IMG/VR virus record: IMGVR_UViG_3300029288_000080
Coordinates: 1 to 64,000 of that record
From: a virus
Lineage: Duplodnaviria; Caudoviricetes
Reading direction: 5' to 3' (one strand)
Length of the DNA stretch: 64,000 nt
The position numbers and the translations under genes were made by a program. The notes below the pieces were generated by a model. That model was not told where the DNA came from. It did no database searches and was given only the letters and a program-made list of their open reading frames with translations. Below, in pieces: positions 47,008 through 55,607 of the stretch (its first letter is position 1; every line of letters begins with the position of its first letter).

Positions 47008-47224
47008 CGGACAAGGACTAACGCTGCGCCTGTACGACCAGCAACCTGATGGCGACGACGTTGTCCTGTTGTTCACGGATTTCCCGTGGTTCGCTGGCCA
47101 ACCTATGGTCTTGCTACAGCAGTACGATGACATGGGTGGCCAAGTCTGTTGGCCTGCCCTTGACGTAGACCTAGACTACGCCACGATGCGACACCCCGAG
47201 CGGTATCCATTGGTCCACTGCTAG
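46979..47224 (+). CDS. DUF2442-family protein (TA-like antitoxin)
   Basis: FTDFPWF..WPALDVDL..HPERYPL. Confidence 0.75.
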   Translation: MRPLEIVAVSGQGLTLRLYDQQPDGDDVVLLFTDFPWFAGQPMVLLQQYDDMGGQVCWPALDVDLDYATMRHPERYPLVHC

Positions 47225-47288
47225 CCCCCTTCTCCCGTCGTAACCGGCTGGTTCTAGCTGGTCCCCATCCCCGTAGCCTCGGCCCACC

Positions 47289-47298
47289 ACGTTAATAT
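47289..47298 (+). promoter_or_regulatory. candidate late promoter ACGTTAATAT
   Basis: heads the packaging operon. Confidence 0.65.
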
Positions 47299-47335
47299 TT
47301 AATGGAAGGACCCACAGTGGTTCTGGTGTACCCCC

Positions 47336-48028
47336 ATGCCCACTCCCGTCGATATCATGGCGATGGCGCAGGAACTGCGCGATCTCCTGTCACTCCACCT
47401 GGCCCCTGTTTTCGTCGTGGAAGAGAAAATGGAGCGGATCGACGACGCCACCGTGGTCTACACGGTTGACTCAACCGATGAAACTGCTGTGTCGTCGGCG
47501 GTCAAGAAATCCGTGGACATTTTCAAGGTCCAGCGCGAGGACATTGATGTCAAGGCCGAGGGGGTAGCCCAGGATCCCCAGCGGTACCGTGCCACCATTA
47601 CCCTGACGACGGCACCCGAGTCGGTCGCGGGGGAACTGGCGGCCCACAACGCTGCGGTCAAGACCGCCGACACCTCTGGGGTCCTGCCGGTCGCCCTACA
47701 GGTTGGAGAACATCTTTTCGGCCTGGAAGACCAGCAGGGCAAGGTTGTGGTCCTGCAGGACGGGATTGAGGTTGGGTCGGGTGCATCGACCGCTGAGGCT
47801 TTCGGGCTGCTCTTTACCTTGGCGGTCCCGGTGTTTTGGACCGCGTTGTTTCCCACCCGGGAAACACCTGATGATCAAGAGAACCAAATTAATCGTGACC
47901 GAGACATTATTGACGGGATCATGCCGCTCCTGCTGGCCAGCCCAGCGGTCCAGGGTGACGCCGCCGACCTTTTAATTTCGTTTTATGAAGCCGCGACGCT
48001 CCGGAAGGCGCCGCCCCAGGATGCCTAA
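47336..48028 (+). CDS. hypothetical late protein
   Basis: first ORF of the terminase operon. Confidence 0.65.
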   Translation: MPTPVDIMAMAQELRDLLSLHLAPVFVVEEKMERIDDATVVYTVDSTDETAVSSAVKKSVDIFKVQREDIDVKAEGVAQDPQRYRATITLTTAPESVAGELAAHNAAVKTADTSGVLPVALQVGEHLFGLEDQQGKVVVLQDGIEVGSGASTAEAFGLLFTLAVPVFWTALFPTRETPDDQENQINRDRDIIDGIMPLLLASPAVQGDAADLLISFYEAATLRKAPPQDA

Positions 48029-48601
48029 ATGTGGACATTTGCCGCCGATTTGAAATCATGGGAGTCGGTGGGAGGGATCGTGGTCGTGGTGCTGTCGGTT
48101 GGAACCTCGATCGTGTCGTTTTTCCTGTCCCGCAGGGCCAACGCGTTAAAGCGTGACGAGGAACAACAGCGCAAAGAAGCGGAGCAACAGGCCGCGGCCC
48201 TGAAACTTTACTGTGACCAACAGGTCGGGGCTTTGGCGGCGTCACTCCAACAGCTCAAGACCGCGGTAGAGTTCGCGGCCCAAGCGTTCCAAGATGTCAA
48301 GCAGCAGCAGTCCGCCGCCGTCCAGGAGATCTGGGCCACGGTCGACACGATGGAAAAGAATTGCACTCGTCACCAGTCCGTGGGGTTTGGCGAGACCATG
48401 CAGTTGCTCCGGCGAGATGTCGACAAGGTGTTGGCTGGTCTGGACCGTACCGACCAGGAAATGCGCCGCTACGTCTCGACTGAAAGTTATCGGCATGACT
48501 TGAAGTTGTGGACCAACAGTTTCAATACCATGAGACAGTCGATCCACGACCTAGCCTTGCTGGTCAGGGGTATCCTGGAGGCCGGTCGCGATGGCAACTG
48601 A
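48029..48601 (+). CDS. single-TM coiled-coil protein (possible lysis/holin-like)
   Basis: N-terminal TM GGIVVVVLSVGTSIVSFFL then coiled coil. Confidence 0.55.
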   Translation: MWTFAADLKSWESVGGIVVVVLSVGTSIVSFFLSRRANALKRDEEQQRKEAEQQAAALKLYCDQQVGALAASLQQLKTAVEFAAQAFQDVKQQQSAAVQEIWATVDTMEKNCTRHQSVGFGETMQLLRRDVDKVLAGLDRTDQEMRRYVSTESYRHDLKLWTNSFNTMRQSIHDLALLVRGILEAGRDGN

Positions 48602-48890
48602 CGCACGTCAAAACTTTTTAGACACCCTGGATTCAGACCAAGACATCGATCTTGGCGATGAAGTCACGACCTCGGGGATCACGATCGAGGATGACGCGGG
48701 CGAACGGTGCATCACGGCCGTGATCGCCCAGTTCGAGGAGGAAGGTGACCCGGTTCGCGCGGCGTTTCTCGAGGCCATGCGGGCCACGGTCCTGGAAGCC
48801 CGAAATACCGCGATGCTGGCGAGAGCTGCCTGCAAGGTCTTGGCTGAAAAGCGTCAGCGTCGCCAACGGCATGGGTCCCATCCTCGATGA
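48591..48890 (+). CDS. hypothetical protein
   Basis: overlap-coupled to terL. Confidence 0.55.
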   Translation: MATDARQNFLDTLDSDQDIDLGDEVTTSGITIEDDAGERCITAVIAQFEEEGDPVRAAFLEAMRATVLEARNTAMLARAACKVLAEKRQRRQRHGSHPR

Positions 48891-51800
48891 AACGACGCCG
48901 TGCTATTGACCTGGACGACCTCACGGTTGCACCAGGCCCTACTGCTAGTCCAGAACCTGTTGCCACGCCGGACCAGGACTCCTTTGACCAGGATGTCGTC
49001 AACGCCTTGCCCACCAAGGTACAGGACGATATTGATTTCGGCGAGGAAATCAGAGACGACTCTGGCCTGCCTGATCCGGTCGCGATGGTCCGGCAGGCCA
49101 TCGCGGCTGACCTGGATTCCTCGGTGTTCTCTGGTCAGCAGTTCCCGGAAGCACCGAACTGCGTGGAATGGTGCCGCGGGCATCAGTGGCTCAACTACGA
49201 GACCGATCTGTTCGCCCGGCAGATCCAAGTGCTGGTGAAGTTTTTCGAGGACGCCTGTTATTTCTGCAGCGACGTGGAATACATCCACGACGCCCGGGTA
49301 GACGACTCACCCGCCAATGCCCTTTCCCACTACAGTTTATTGCAACGTGGTGTCTGCCCCAACTGCAAGCGAAACCGTACCGAAATCCTTACTGACTGGA
49401 TCAAGGACCCACGGTATGGCAAGTTTAACAGGTGGGACCCCTGCGTGGAGCCTCGACCGGTTCCGCCCAACGAGCTGGTTGGCATCTGGGGCCAGCGGTC
49501 AGGGAAATCGATCACAACCGCGTCATTCATCTGGACCTACATCCTCCACCGATTGCTCGCGATGCCGAATCCGTCCAGGTACTACCGACTCGCGACCAAC
49601 GGGGTCCTGCAGGCTTCGTTTGTTTCGCCGACCCGTGGCCAAGGAAAGGAAAACTTGTGGGATCCTTTCCTGAACGCTTTTGACGCTTCCCCGTGGTTCA
49701 AGCAGGTGGTCCAGTATCTCAAGCAGGAGTCCAAGCGGTTGGGGCTCATGCTGTACCACCGGCAGCAGACCTTTTTGGTTTTCCCTGGCAAACGTTTGGC
49801 TGCACATGTCCAGGCAGCAAACAACGTGACGCTCCGTGGGGCTACGAGAGTATTTTGCCTACCTGGCAACACCCTGGTGAACACTGACCATGGGCTGCTT
49901 TCGCTACGACAAGGTGACGACCTACTGGACAGCAAGGTTTACTTGGGTGGTCATCTGCATGATGTGGTAGGCCACACTAAGGTAGGCAAAAAGCAGGTCA
50001 TGCGGTTGGGGTTGCGGTGGGGCTACTCTTTGGAGTCCACCCCCGAGCATCGCGTGCGTGTGCTGAATCCTGACCTTACGGTGGTGTGGAAGCGCGCCGG
50101 AGAAATAAATCTCGGTGATTACGTGGCGGTGGCGTTGGGTGCAAAGTTCCCAGATCATCTTCCCCTGACGTACGTGCCCAAGCGTGCTCCGAAGCGCATT
50201 TTGCGTGCCTACGAGTACATCGACCAGCACAAGGATCTGTTCTACGCCAAGGATTTGCAGGCATACGCGGGTGTGAAGCATATTTATTCCATAACCAAGA
50301 AACTGATGCGACGTGGGGTGATCAGGAAAGAGTTTATTAAGGGCGGGGAAAGAAACTCGGGTTGCCGTTTTATGGCGACCGAGACCTTCAACCTAGCGGA
50401 ACTCAGTCGGGAACTTCTGAATCATAAGTTCAAGGATCGGGATAACGCTGTGTTCCCCAGCGAAATGACCGAGGACATGGGCTACCTACTGGGGTACTAT
50501 GTTTCGGAAGGATCTTTTGCCGAGAACGCTATTGAGTTTACGTTCACCAACACAGACATGCAGGTCATGAACCATTTCGTGGCATGCTACACTCGCGTGT
50601 TCGGGGTTATTCCACGTATCACACAGTTCATGCCGTCCAAGGGCAAGAAAATGGGGTACAAGGCCAGCGTGGCCTATGCGGTCATTAAAGATTTTCTGCG
50701 CTATGTTGGTATGGCCCCCAGTACGGCCCCAACCAAATCTGTGCCGTGGGCTATCTTGCAGGCACCTAGGCGGGTGGTATTGGCATTTTTGTCCGCTTAC
50801 ATTGAGGGAGATGGTTGTTCCAGCGGTGGCGTCATAAGAATGGCGTCCTGCAGTAAAAAGTTGCTACAGCAAATCCAGTTGCTTCTACTGAACTTGAAAA
50901 TAGTCAGTTCTTTAACAAAAAGCCGAAAGCGTAAACCTGGACGTAGCCGCGAGCACAATGCGCTGTACCAGTTGGGGTTAAACAAGTTAGCCTCTACTCA
51001 ACTGGCTAAACATTTGTCTTGCGTGACCAAATGCAAAAACGTGAGCACTGTTTTTTACAATATGCGCCACGACGCGTACAAAATACCATTTCTGCACCCA
51101 TATTTCGGAAACGTTATGTATGGCAAAAGCAGCGTGTACTATTCTGCGTATGTGCGTAGTAGTCTTAATAAGGTGTCTGAAAATCATGCTTTGCGCTGCC
51201 TGGAGATGGAAGACCCTGAACTGTGTGGGCGAGCCAAAGCACTGGTGGACACTGGTGTTGTATGGATTCCAGTGACCGAGATTAAAAATCTTGGGATTAA
51301 GACAGTGTACGACCTTGCTGTGGATAGCGCGGACCATGCGTTTGTTGGTAGTGGCGTTGTGGTCCATAACTCGGCGTTGGACGAACTCGGTCATTTTTCG
51401 TTCGCGAGCAACGGGACCAAGCGGGCGTCGATCCACGACGGCACAGAAGTCTTCACCTCCCTGACCAACTCGCTCCGGACCATCAGGTCGGCGGCGGAAA
51501 GTCGCCGGGATCAACTCGGCGATTACCATGCCCTCGATGGCTACATGGTGAACGTGTCGAGCCCGTTGGACATCGGGGATCCGATTGAGCAGCGGGCTGC
51601 CATTGCCGATAAGTCGTTCCGGATGTACTTCACTAGGTACCCGACCTGGGAAGTTAACCCCAAGGAAAATGAAAACCTGATCCGTGAGGAATTCGCTGGT
51701 TCCCCCGTGACGTTTACGCGAGACTTTGGTGCGCAACCACAGCGGGCCGCCAACCCATTTATCCAGGATGAGAAAATCGTTGATGTCACCACGGTGGAAA

Positions 51801-52621
51801 AGTCACCTCACGTTTTTGACGTGACCCTCTTGACGGAACCGACCGAGACAGATGTGGCACTCCTGCGGGCCAAACTGACCAGGATCGTCAACGACAAGTC
51901 AATGCCCCGTTGTATCACGGTGGACAACGGAGAGCGGAACAACAGTTTCGCCCTGTGTGTCTCGCGCTATTACCCCGAACAGGACGGCATGCTGGTCGAA
52001 GAACTCGTGGAGTTGGCCCCGACTAAAACGGCATCGGTTGACCTGGCCTGGTGTTATAACGAACTGGTGGTCCCGCTGGTTAAGCAACTTCACTGCGTCC
52101 ATGTCGCGTACGACCGCTGGGAATCTGGCTACGCCGTCGCGGACCTCCGGACCAACTACAAGATCGACGCCCAACGGTACAGTCTCAAGTGGAAAGACTT
52201 TGAGATGTTCCGCGACGACCTTTGTGGCATGCGGGTTTTCATGGCCAAGCCGGAGGTTCCGTGGAAACAGGTCTTGACGGTCCCGTTGGCCGACAGAGCC
52301 CAGTGGCCCAGGGCCCATGCCCAAGCTCAACTCCTGACCGTGAGCGAACGAGCTAAGACGCTGTCAAAACCTACCAACGGCAATGACGACCTGTTCCGTA
52401 CGGTCGTGCTGGCCCACCATTTCATTTCCAAGTACCGCGAAGCCTACCGACACAACCAGCGGGTCGAGGGCAACAGGGCTGCTGACCGTCCCGTTGCCCT
52501 GTTCTTCGGTCGGTCAAGCCACGGGAGCGGGGCTGGTGGTGCTGGGCAACGTGGTCGTGGTCCTGGTGGTAGAAATCGCGGGCGCGGTCAGGGTGCCCCC
52601 ATGGGCCCCGGGGCCCTATAA
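48887..52621 (+). CDS. terL: terminase large subunit, intein-containing
   Basis: Walker A GQRSGKS, Walker B SALDE, C-terminal RNase H-like nuclease (ITVDNG, VAYDRWES, NGNDDL). Confidence 0.85.
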   Translation: MKRRRAIDLDDLTVAPGPTASPEPVATPDQDSFDQDVVNALPTKVQDDIDFGEEIRDDSGLPDPVAMVRQAIAADLDSSVFSGQQFPEAPNCVEWCRGHQWLNYETDLFARQIQVLVKFFEDACYFCSDVEYIHDARVDDSPANALSHYSLLQRGVCPNCKRNRTEILTDWIKDPRYGKFNRWDPCVEPRPVPPNELVGIWGQRSGKSITTASFIWTYILHRLLAMPNPSRYYRLATNGVLQASFVSPTRGQGKENLWDPFLNAFDASPWFKQVVQYLKQESKRLGLMLYHRQQTFLVFPGKRLAAHVQAANNVTLRGATRVFCLPGNTLVNTDHGLLSLRQGDDLLDSKVYLGGHLHDVVGHTKVGKKQVMRLGLRWGYSLESTPEHRVRVLNPDLTVVWKRAGEINLGDYVAVALGAKFPDHLPLTYVPKRAPKRILRAYEYIDQHKDLFYAKDLQAYAGVKHIYSITKKLMRRGVIRKEFIKGGERNSGCRFMATETFNLAELSRELLNHKFKDRDNAVFPSEMTEDMGYLLGYYVSEGSFAENAIEFTFTNTDMQVMNHFVACYTRVFGVIPRITQFMPSKGKKMGYKASVAYAVIKDFLRYVGMAPSTAPTKSVPWAILQAPRRVVLAFLSAYIEGDGCSSGGVIRMASCSKKLLQQIQLLLLNLKIVSSLTKSRKRKPGRSREHNALYQLGLNKLASTQLAKHLSCVTKCKNVSTVFYNMRHDAYKIPFLHPYFGNVMYGKSSVYYSAYVRSSLNKVSENHALRCLEMEDPELCGRAKALVDTGVVWIPVTEIKNLGIKTVYDLAVDSADHAFVGSGVVVHNSALDELGHFSFASNGTKRASIHDGTEVFTSLTNSLRTIRSAAESRRDQLGDYHALDGYMVNVSSPLDIGDPIEQRAAIADKSFRMYFTRYPTWEVNPKENENLIREEFAGSPVTFTRDFGAQPQRAANPFIQDEKIVDVTTVEKSPHVFDVTLLTEPTETDVALLRAKLTRIVNDKSMPRCITVDNGERNNSFALCVSRYYPEQDGMLVEELVELAPTKTASVDLAWCYNELVVPLVKQLHCVHVAYDRWESGYAVADLRTNYKIDAQRYSLKWKDFEMFRDDLCGMRVFMAKPEVPWKQVLTVPLADRAQWPRAHAQAQLLTVSERAKTLSKPTNGNDDLFRTVVLAHHFISKYREAYRHNQRVEGNRAADRPVALFFGRSSHGSGAGGAGQRGRGPGGRNRGRGQGAPMGPGAL
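49856..51370 (+). mobile_element. intein with LAGLIDADG homing endonuclease (505 aa)
   Basis: starts CLPGNTLV, block B STPEHRV, LLGYYVSEG and FLSAYIEGDG, ends VYDLAV..VVHN followed by Ser. Confidence 0.93.
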
Positions 52622-52633
52622 GGAAGATCAAAA

Positions 52634-53014
52634 ATGTCTATTTATGACGACGTTCGTGCCGCTGCCGAGAAGTCTGGTGTGCAACTTGATCAAGGTGGAG
52701 TCTACCGGGTGGCCGGAACCCTCCGGACCGCCTACGGGGAAACCGCCACGTTCGACACCATCATGCAGGAAGTCCTCAATGCAGCCAACCGGGCCAAGCA
52801 GCAGCCCGTAGCCCCGGTCCAGCAGGTCCAGAGCGACGTGGTGGTTCAGGTGCCCCAGGGGGCCGAAGACGGCAGCCAGATTGCCTACAGCAACCTGGAC
52901 ACCGCGCTGGCCCGGGGGATTTGTCCGCGGTGCAGCAAGGCCCTCAAGAACGTCAAGCTCGCGGACTACACGGAAGCCCGGCATTGCGTGGATTGTCGCA
53001 TTACCCTTTGGTAG
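52634..53014 (+). CDS. small Zn-ribbon protein
   Basis: CPRC..CVDC; AAGGA SD. Confidence 0.65.
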   Translation: MSIYDDVRAAAEKSGVQLDQGGVYRVAGTLRTAYGETATFDTIMQEVLNAANRAKQQPVAPVQQVQSDVVVQVPQGAEDGSQIAYSNLDTALARGICPRCSKALKNVKLADYTEARHCVDCRITLW

Positions 53015-53061
53015 ACCAGTCCTGACTTGTAAAATACCACAGGAATACTTAGAGGTGGCAA

Positions 53062-55335
53062 GTGTTTAGACCGCCCAGATATGACTACACCACGGGGCTA
53101 TACCGATTCCCGCAACAGCGGAAGGTCGGGGTGTACAAGCAGCCCCCGAGGGTGCCGGCGGCTCTGCGCCGTGCCTCCATGGATCCGTACTCAGGGATCT
53201 CTGGTTCATTGGGTGGAAACCGCCAGGTCTACACCCCGATGTACGAGAGAGCCGAAGCCCCCACATTGGTAGAGGATTTCCTCCCGACCGACATCAAGAC
53301 CCAGAACAAGATCTTCCGCAACATCCTCCAGTACGACGCGATCGCAGGGCCCGCCACGGAATATTGGTGTAGCATGGCGTTCTCCCGGAACGTCATCCTG
53401 AGCGACATTGACGACCCGACCGTCATGCACCTCTACGAGGATGCCACGACGGCCTGCGGGATTATTCCTGAGTTTCCGTTGCTGCTCCATGACTACCTGA
53501 CGATCGGGCGGTTTGTCTTTTTCATGCAACCGGACAAGCGCCTGGGCTACTGGGTGGACCACAAGGTCCTGGACCCCGATTTCGTCCGGATCAAGGTGCC
53601 GCCGTTCCGGTCCATGGCCCCGATGATCGACTGGCAGCCCAGTAGTGACGAGCGCGACTGGGCCCTGTCGGACGACCCCCGGGCCATGGAACAGCGGGCC
53701 ACGACCGACCCGATGGTTTTGCGCGCTATGATCGCGGGGGAATCGGTTCCGCTGGACCACGAGGACACGGTTTTCCTTCCTCGCCAGCAGCACGCGACCG
53801 ACCAGTACGGCACCAGTTATCTGTGCCGGATCCTTCCGTTCAAGATCTACGAGAAGGCCATCATGGACGCCAGCATCGCGGGGGCCAGGCGCCGCGCTGG
53901 TCCCGTGTGGCTTGCGACAGTTCCCGAGGACTACACGGCCGGCGAAATCTCCGAGATTATTGACCAGATGTTTGCCGCGGAAGACGACCCCGTGGGCGGC
54001 AAGCTCGCGTTCCGCAATGGCGTGACCCTCACGGAAGTGGGGTCCAAGGATTCCGTTGTGAACATCCGGGACGACTGGGACTTCCTCACGCAAGCGAAGA
54101 TGCGGGCCCTTGGACTTAGTGAAAATATATTGACAGGTGAAACTAACTTCAATACCATGGATAAGATCCTGTCGGCGTTCCTGGAGAAACTCCGGGCGGT
54201 CCGGGAGTTGTTCACCCGCCGGATCCTGACCGACAAGATCTACAAGACCTTGGCGAAACGCCACAAGTTCATCAAGCGGACCCAGGCAGAACTGAGCCAC
54301 CGGATCCGCATTTCCGGCAAGCACCACGACGAGTCCAACCTGTTGCTCCCAACGGTCGAGTGGGACCGCCCGCTCGAGCCCACGGCCGACCGGGACTACT
54401 GGGACATGCTGGTGCAGCTCGAGGAGAAGGGCATCCCGGTCCAGATCCGAAAATGGGCTCAAGCGGCCGGCTACGACTTCAAGGCTTTACTTCAGAACCA
54501 GAAGTCCGAGTTGAGCGACCGCGCCCAGATCTACGGGTTGCGCCAGGCTTTGGACAAGCAGCGGAAGCAATATGGGTTTGACGAGGAAGGTGGCATCGGT
54601 GGTGGTGGGGCTGGATTCGGTGGTGAGGCTCCTGGCGGCCTGGACCTCGGTGGCCCGGAAACAGGTGGCCTTGGTGAACCCGGGGGTGCTGGTGGCGGCT
54701 TGGACCTCGGGGCAGAACCTCTGGGTGGTGGCGGGGCCGGTGGCACCCCTGCGGAGCCCACGGCTGCACCAGCGGCGTCCGAGACCACGGCACCGCCCCC
54801 AGGCGGGCCCGCTGGTGCCGGGGCATCCCTGCTGAACCCTCGGTTCCAGGTGGTGGGGCCGCCCCAGCGGTATCGTCGGGCTTCGGTTTATTCAGCCAAG
54901 CCGTACGATCTGGAAATCGAAATCTCCAAGATCCCGATCTGGGAGAATGACATGACGGTCGCGTCGCTGCCCCGTAGACGCGTCGCCCAAATGGTCGAGG
55001 ATCTGGTTCATCAGGACCCCAACGACCGGCAAGGCCGCGAGTTCTACGCGACGATGAAACGGCGCCATGGATTCACGAACCTCCAGGCCGACGTGATCCA
55101 GTATTGTGCGGCTCGCGTCGGGGTTGTCCAAGCCCCTACCATGGCCGAGGAATCCGTGGATTTCCTCCAGCGGGTCCTGGCTGCTCAGGCCGAAAAGGGC
55201 CTGACCCCTGCGGTGGATCGAGAACTGGATTTCCTGGGCCACGTGGCCCATCGGGAATCCCAGGACATCGGGTTCAAGAACATGACCAGCAGGGCTGTCC
55301 CGGCCGACAAGTTGCTCACTGGCCTGACCGAATAA
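53062..55335 (+). CDS. probable portal protein with Gly/Pro-rich C-terminal extension
   Basis: position after terL, portal-sized helical core (YGTSYL..), low-complexity GG-rich tract. Confidence 0.65.
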   Translation: MFRPPRYDYTTGLYRFPQQRKVGVYKQPPRVPAALRRASMDPYSGISGSLGGNRQVYTPMYERAEAPTLVEDFLPTDIKTQNKIFRNILQYDAIAGPATEYWCSMAFSRNVILSDIDDPTVMHLYEDATTACGIIPEFPLLLHDYLTIGRFVFFMQPDKRLGYWVDHKVLDPDFVRIKVPPFRSMAPMIDWQPSSDERDWALSDDPRAMEQRATTDPMVLRAMIAGESVPLDHEDTVFLPRQQHATDQYGTSYLCRILPFKIYEKAIMDASIAGARRRAGPVWLATVPEDYTAGEISEIIDQMFAAEDDPVGGKLAFRNGVTLTEVGSKDSVVNIRDDWDFLTQAKMRALGLSENILTGETNFNTMDKILSAFLEKLRAVRELFTRRILTDKIYKTLAKRHKFIKRTQAELSHRIRISGKHHDESNLLLPTVEWDRPLEPTADRDYWDMLVQLEEKGIPVQIRKWAQAAGYDFKALLQNQKSELSDRAQIYGLRQALDKQRKQYGFDEEGGIGGGGAGFGGEAPGGLDLGGPETGGLGEPGGAGGGLDLGAEPLGGGGAGGTPAEPTAAPAASETTAPPPGGPAGAGASLLNPRFQVVGPPQRYRRASVYSAKPYDLEIEISKIPIWENDMTVASLPRRRVAQMVEDLVHQDPNDRQGREFYATMKRRHGFTNLQADVIQYCAARVGVVQAPTMAEESVDFLQRVLAAQAEKGLTPAVDRELDFLGHVAHRESQDIGFKNMTSRAVPADKLLTGLTE

Positions 55336-55385
55336 CGAAATGGCTTGACTGCTGAACCCCCTTGGGGTACAAATGTATGGAGGCC

Positions 55386-55583
55386 ATGATGCCACGTAAA
55401 ATCCGCAAAGTCGCTGTGCAACATCAAGAAGAGCGACCATCCGGTCTGGACCTCTGGGATCCTGACCTGTCGTTGGCCGACAACATCGTGCTGAACGACC
55501 GTGCCGCGACCCCCAAGGACCAGTACATCGACGACGTTGACGCGATGGTTCGTCGTCTGCTTCCTGATTTCCAGACCCCGTAG
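55386..55583 (+). CDS. small protein, candidate antitoxin
   Basis: GGAGG SD; directly upstream of the RelE-like domain. Confidence 0.45.
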   Translation: MMPRKIRKVAVQHQEERPSGLDLWDPDLSLADNIVLNDRAATPKDQYIDDVDAMVRRLLPDFQTP

Positions 55584-55607
55584 TCCTGCCCCCTTCAATA
55601 TTTTGTC

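Noticed and set aside
54590-54830. GGT/GGC-rich repeat as a DNA repeat element
   Set aside because: It is explained by a Gly/Pro low-complexity protein linker.
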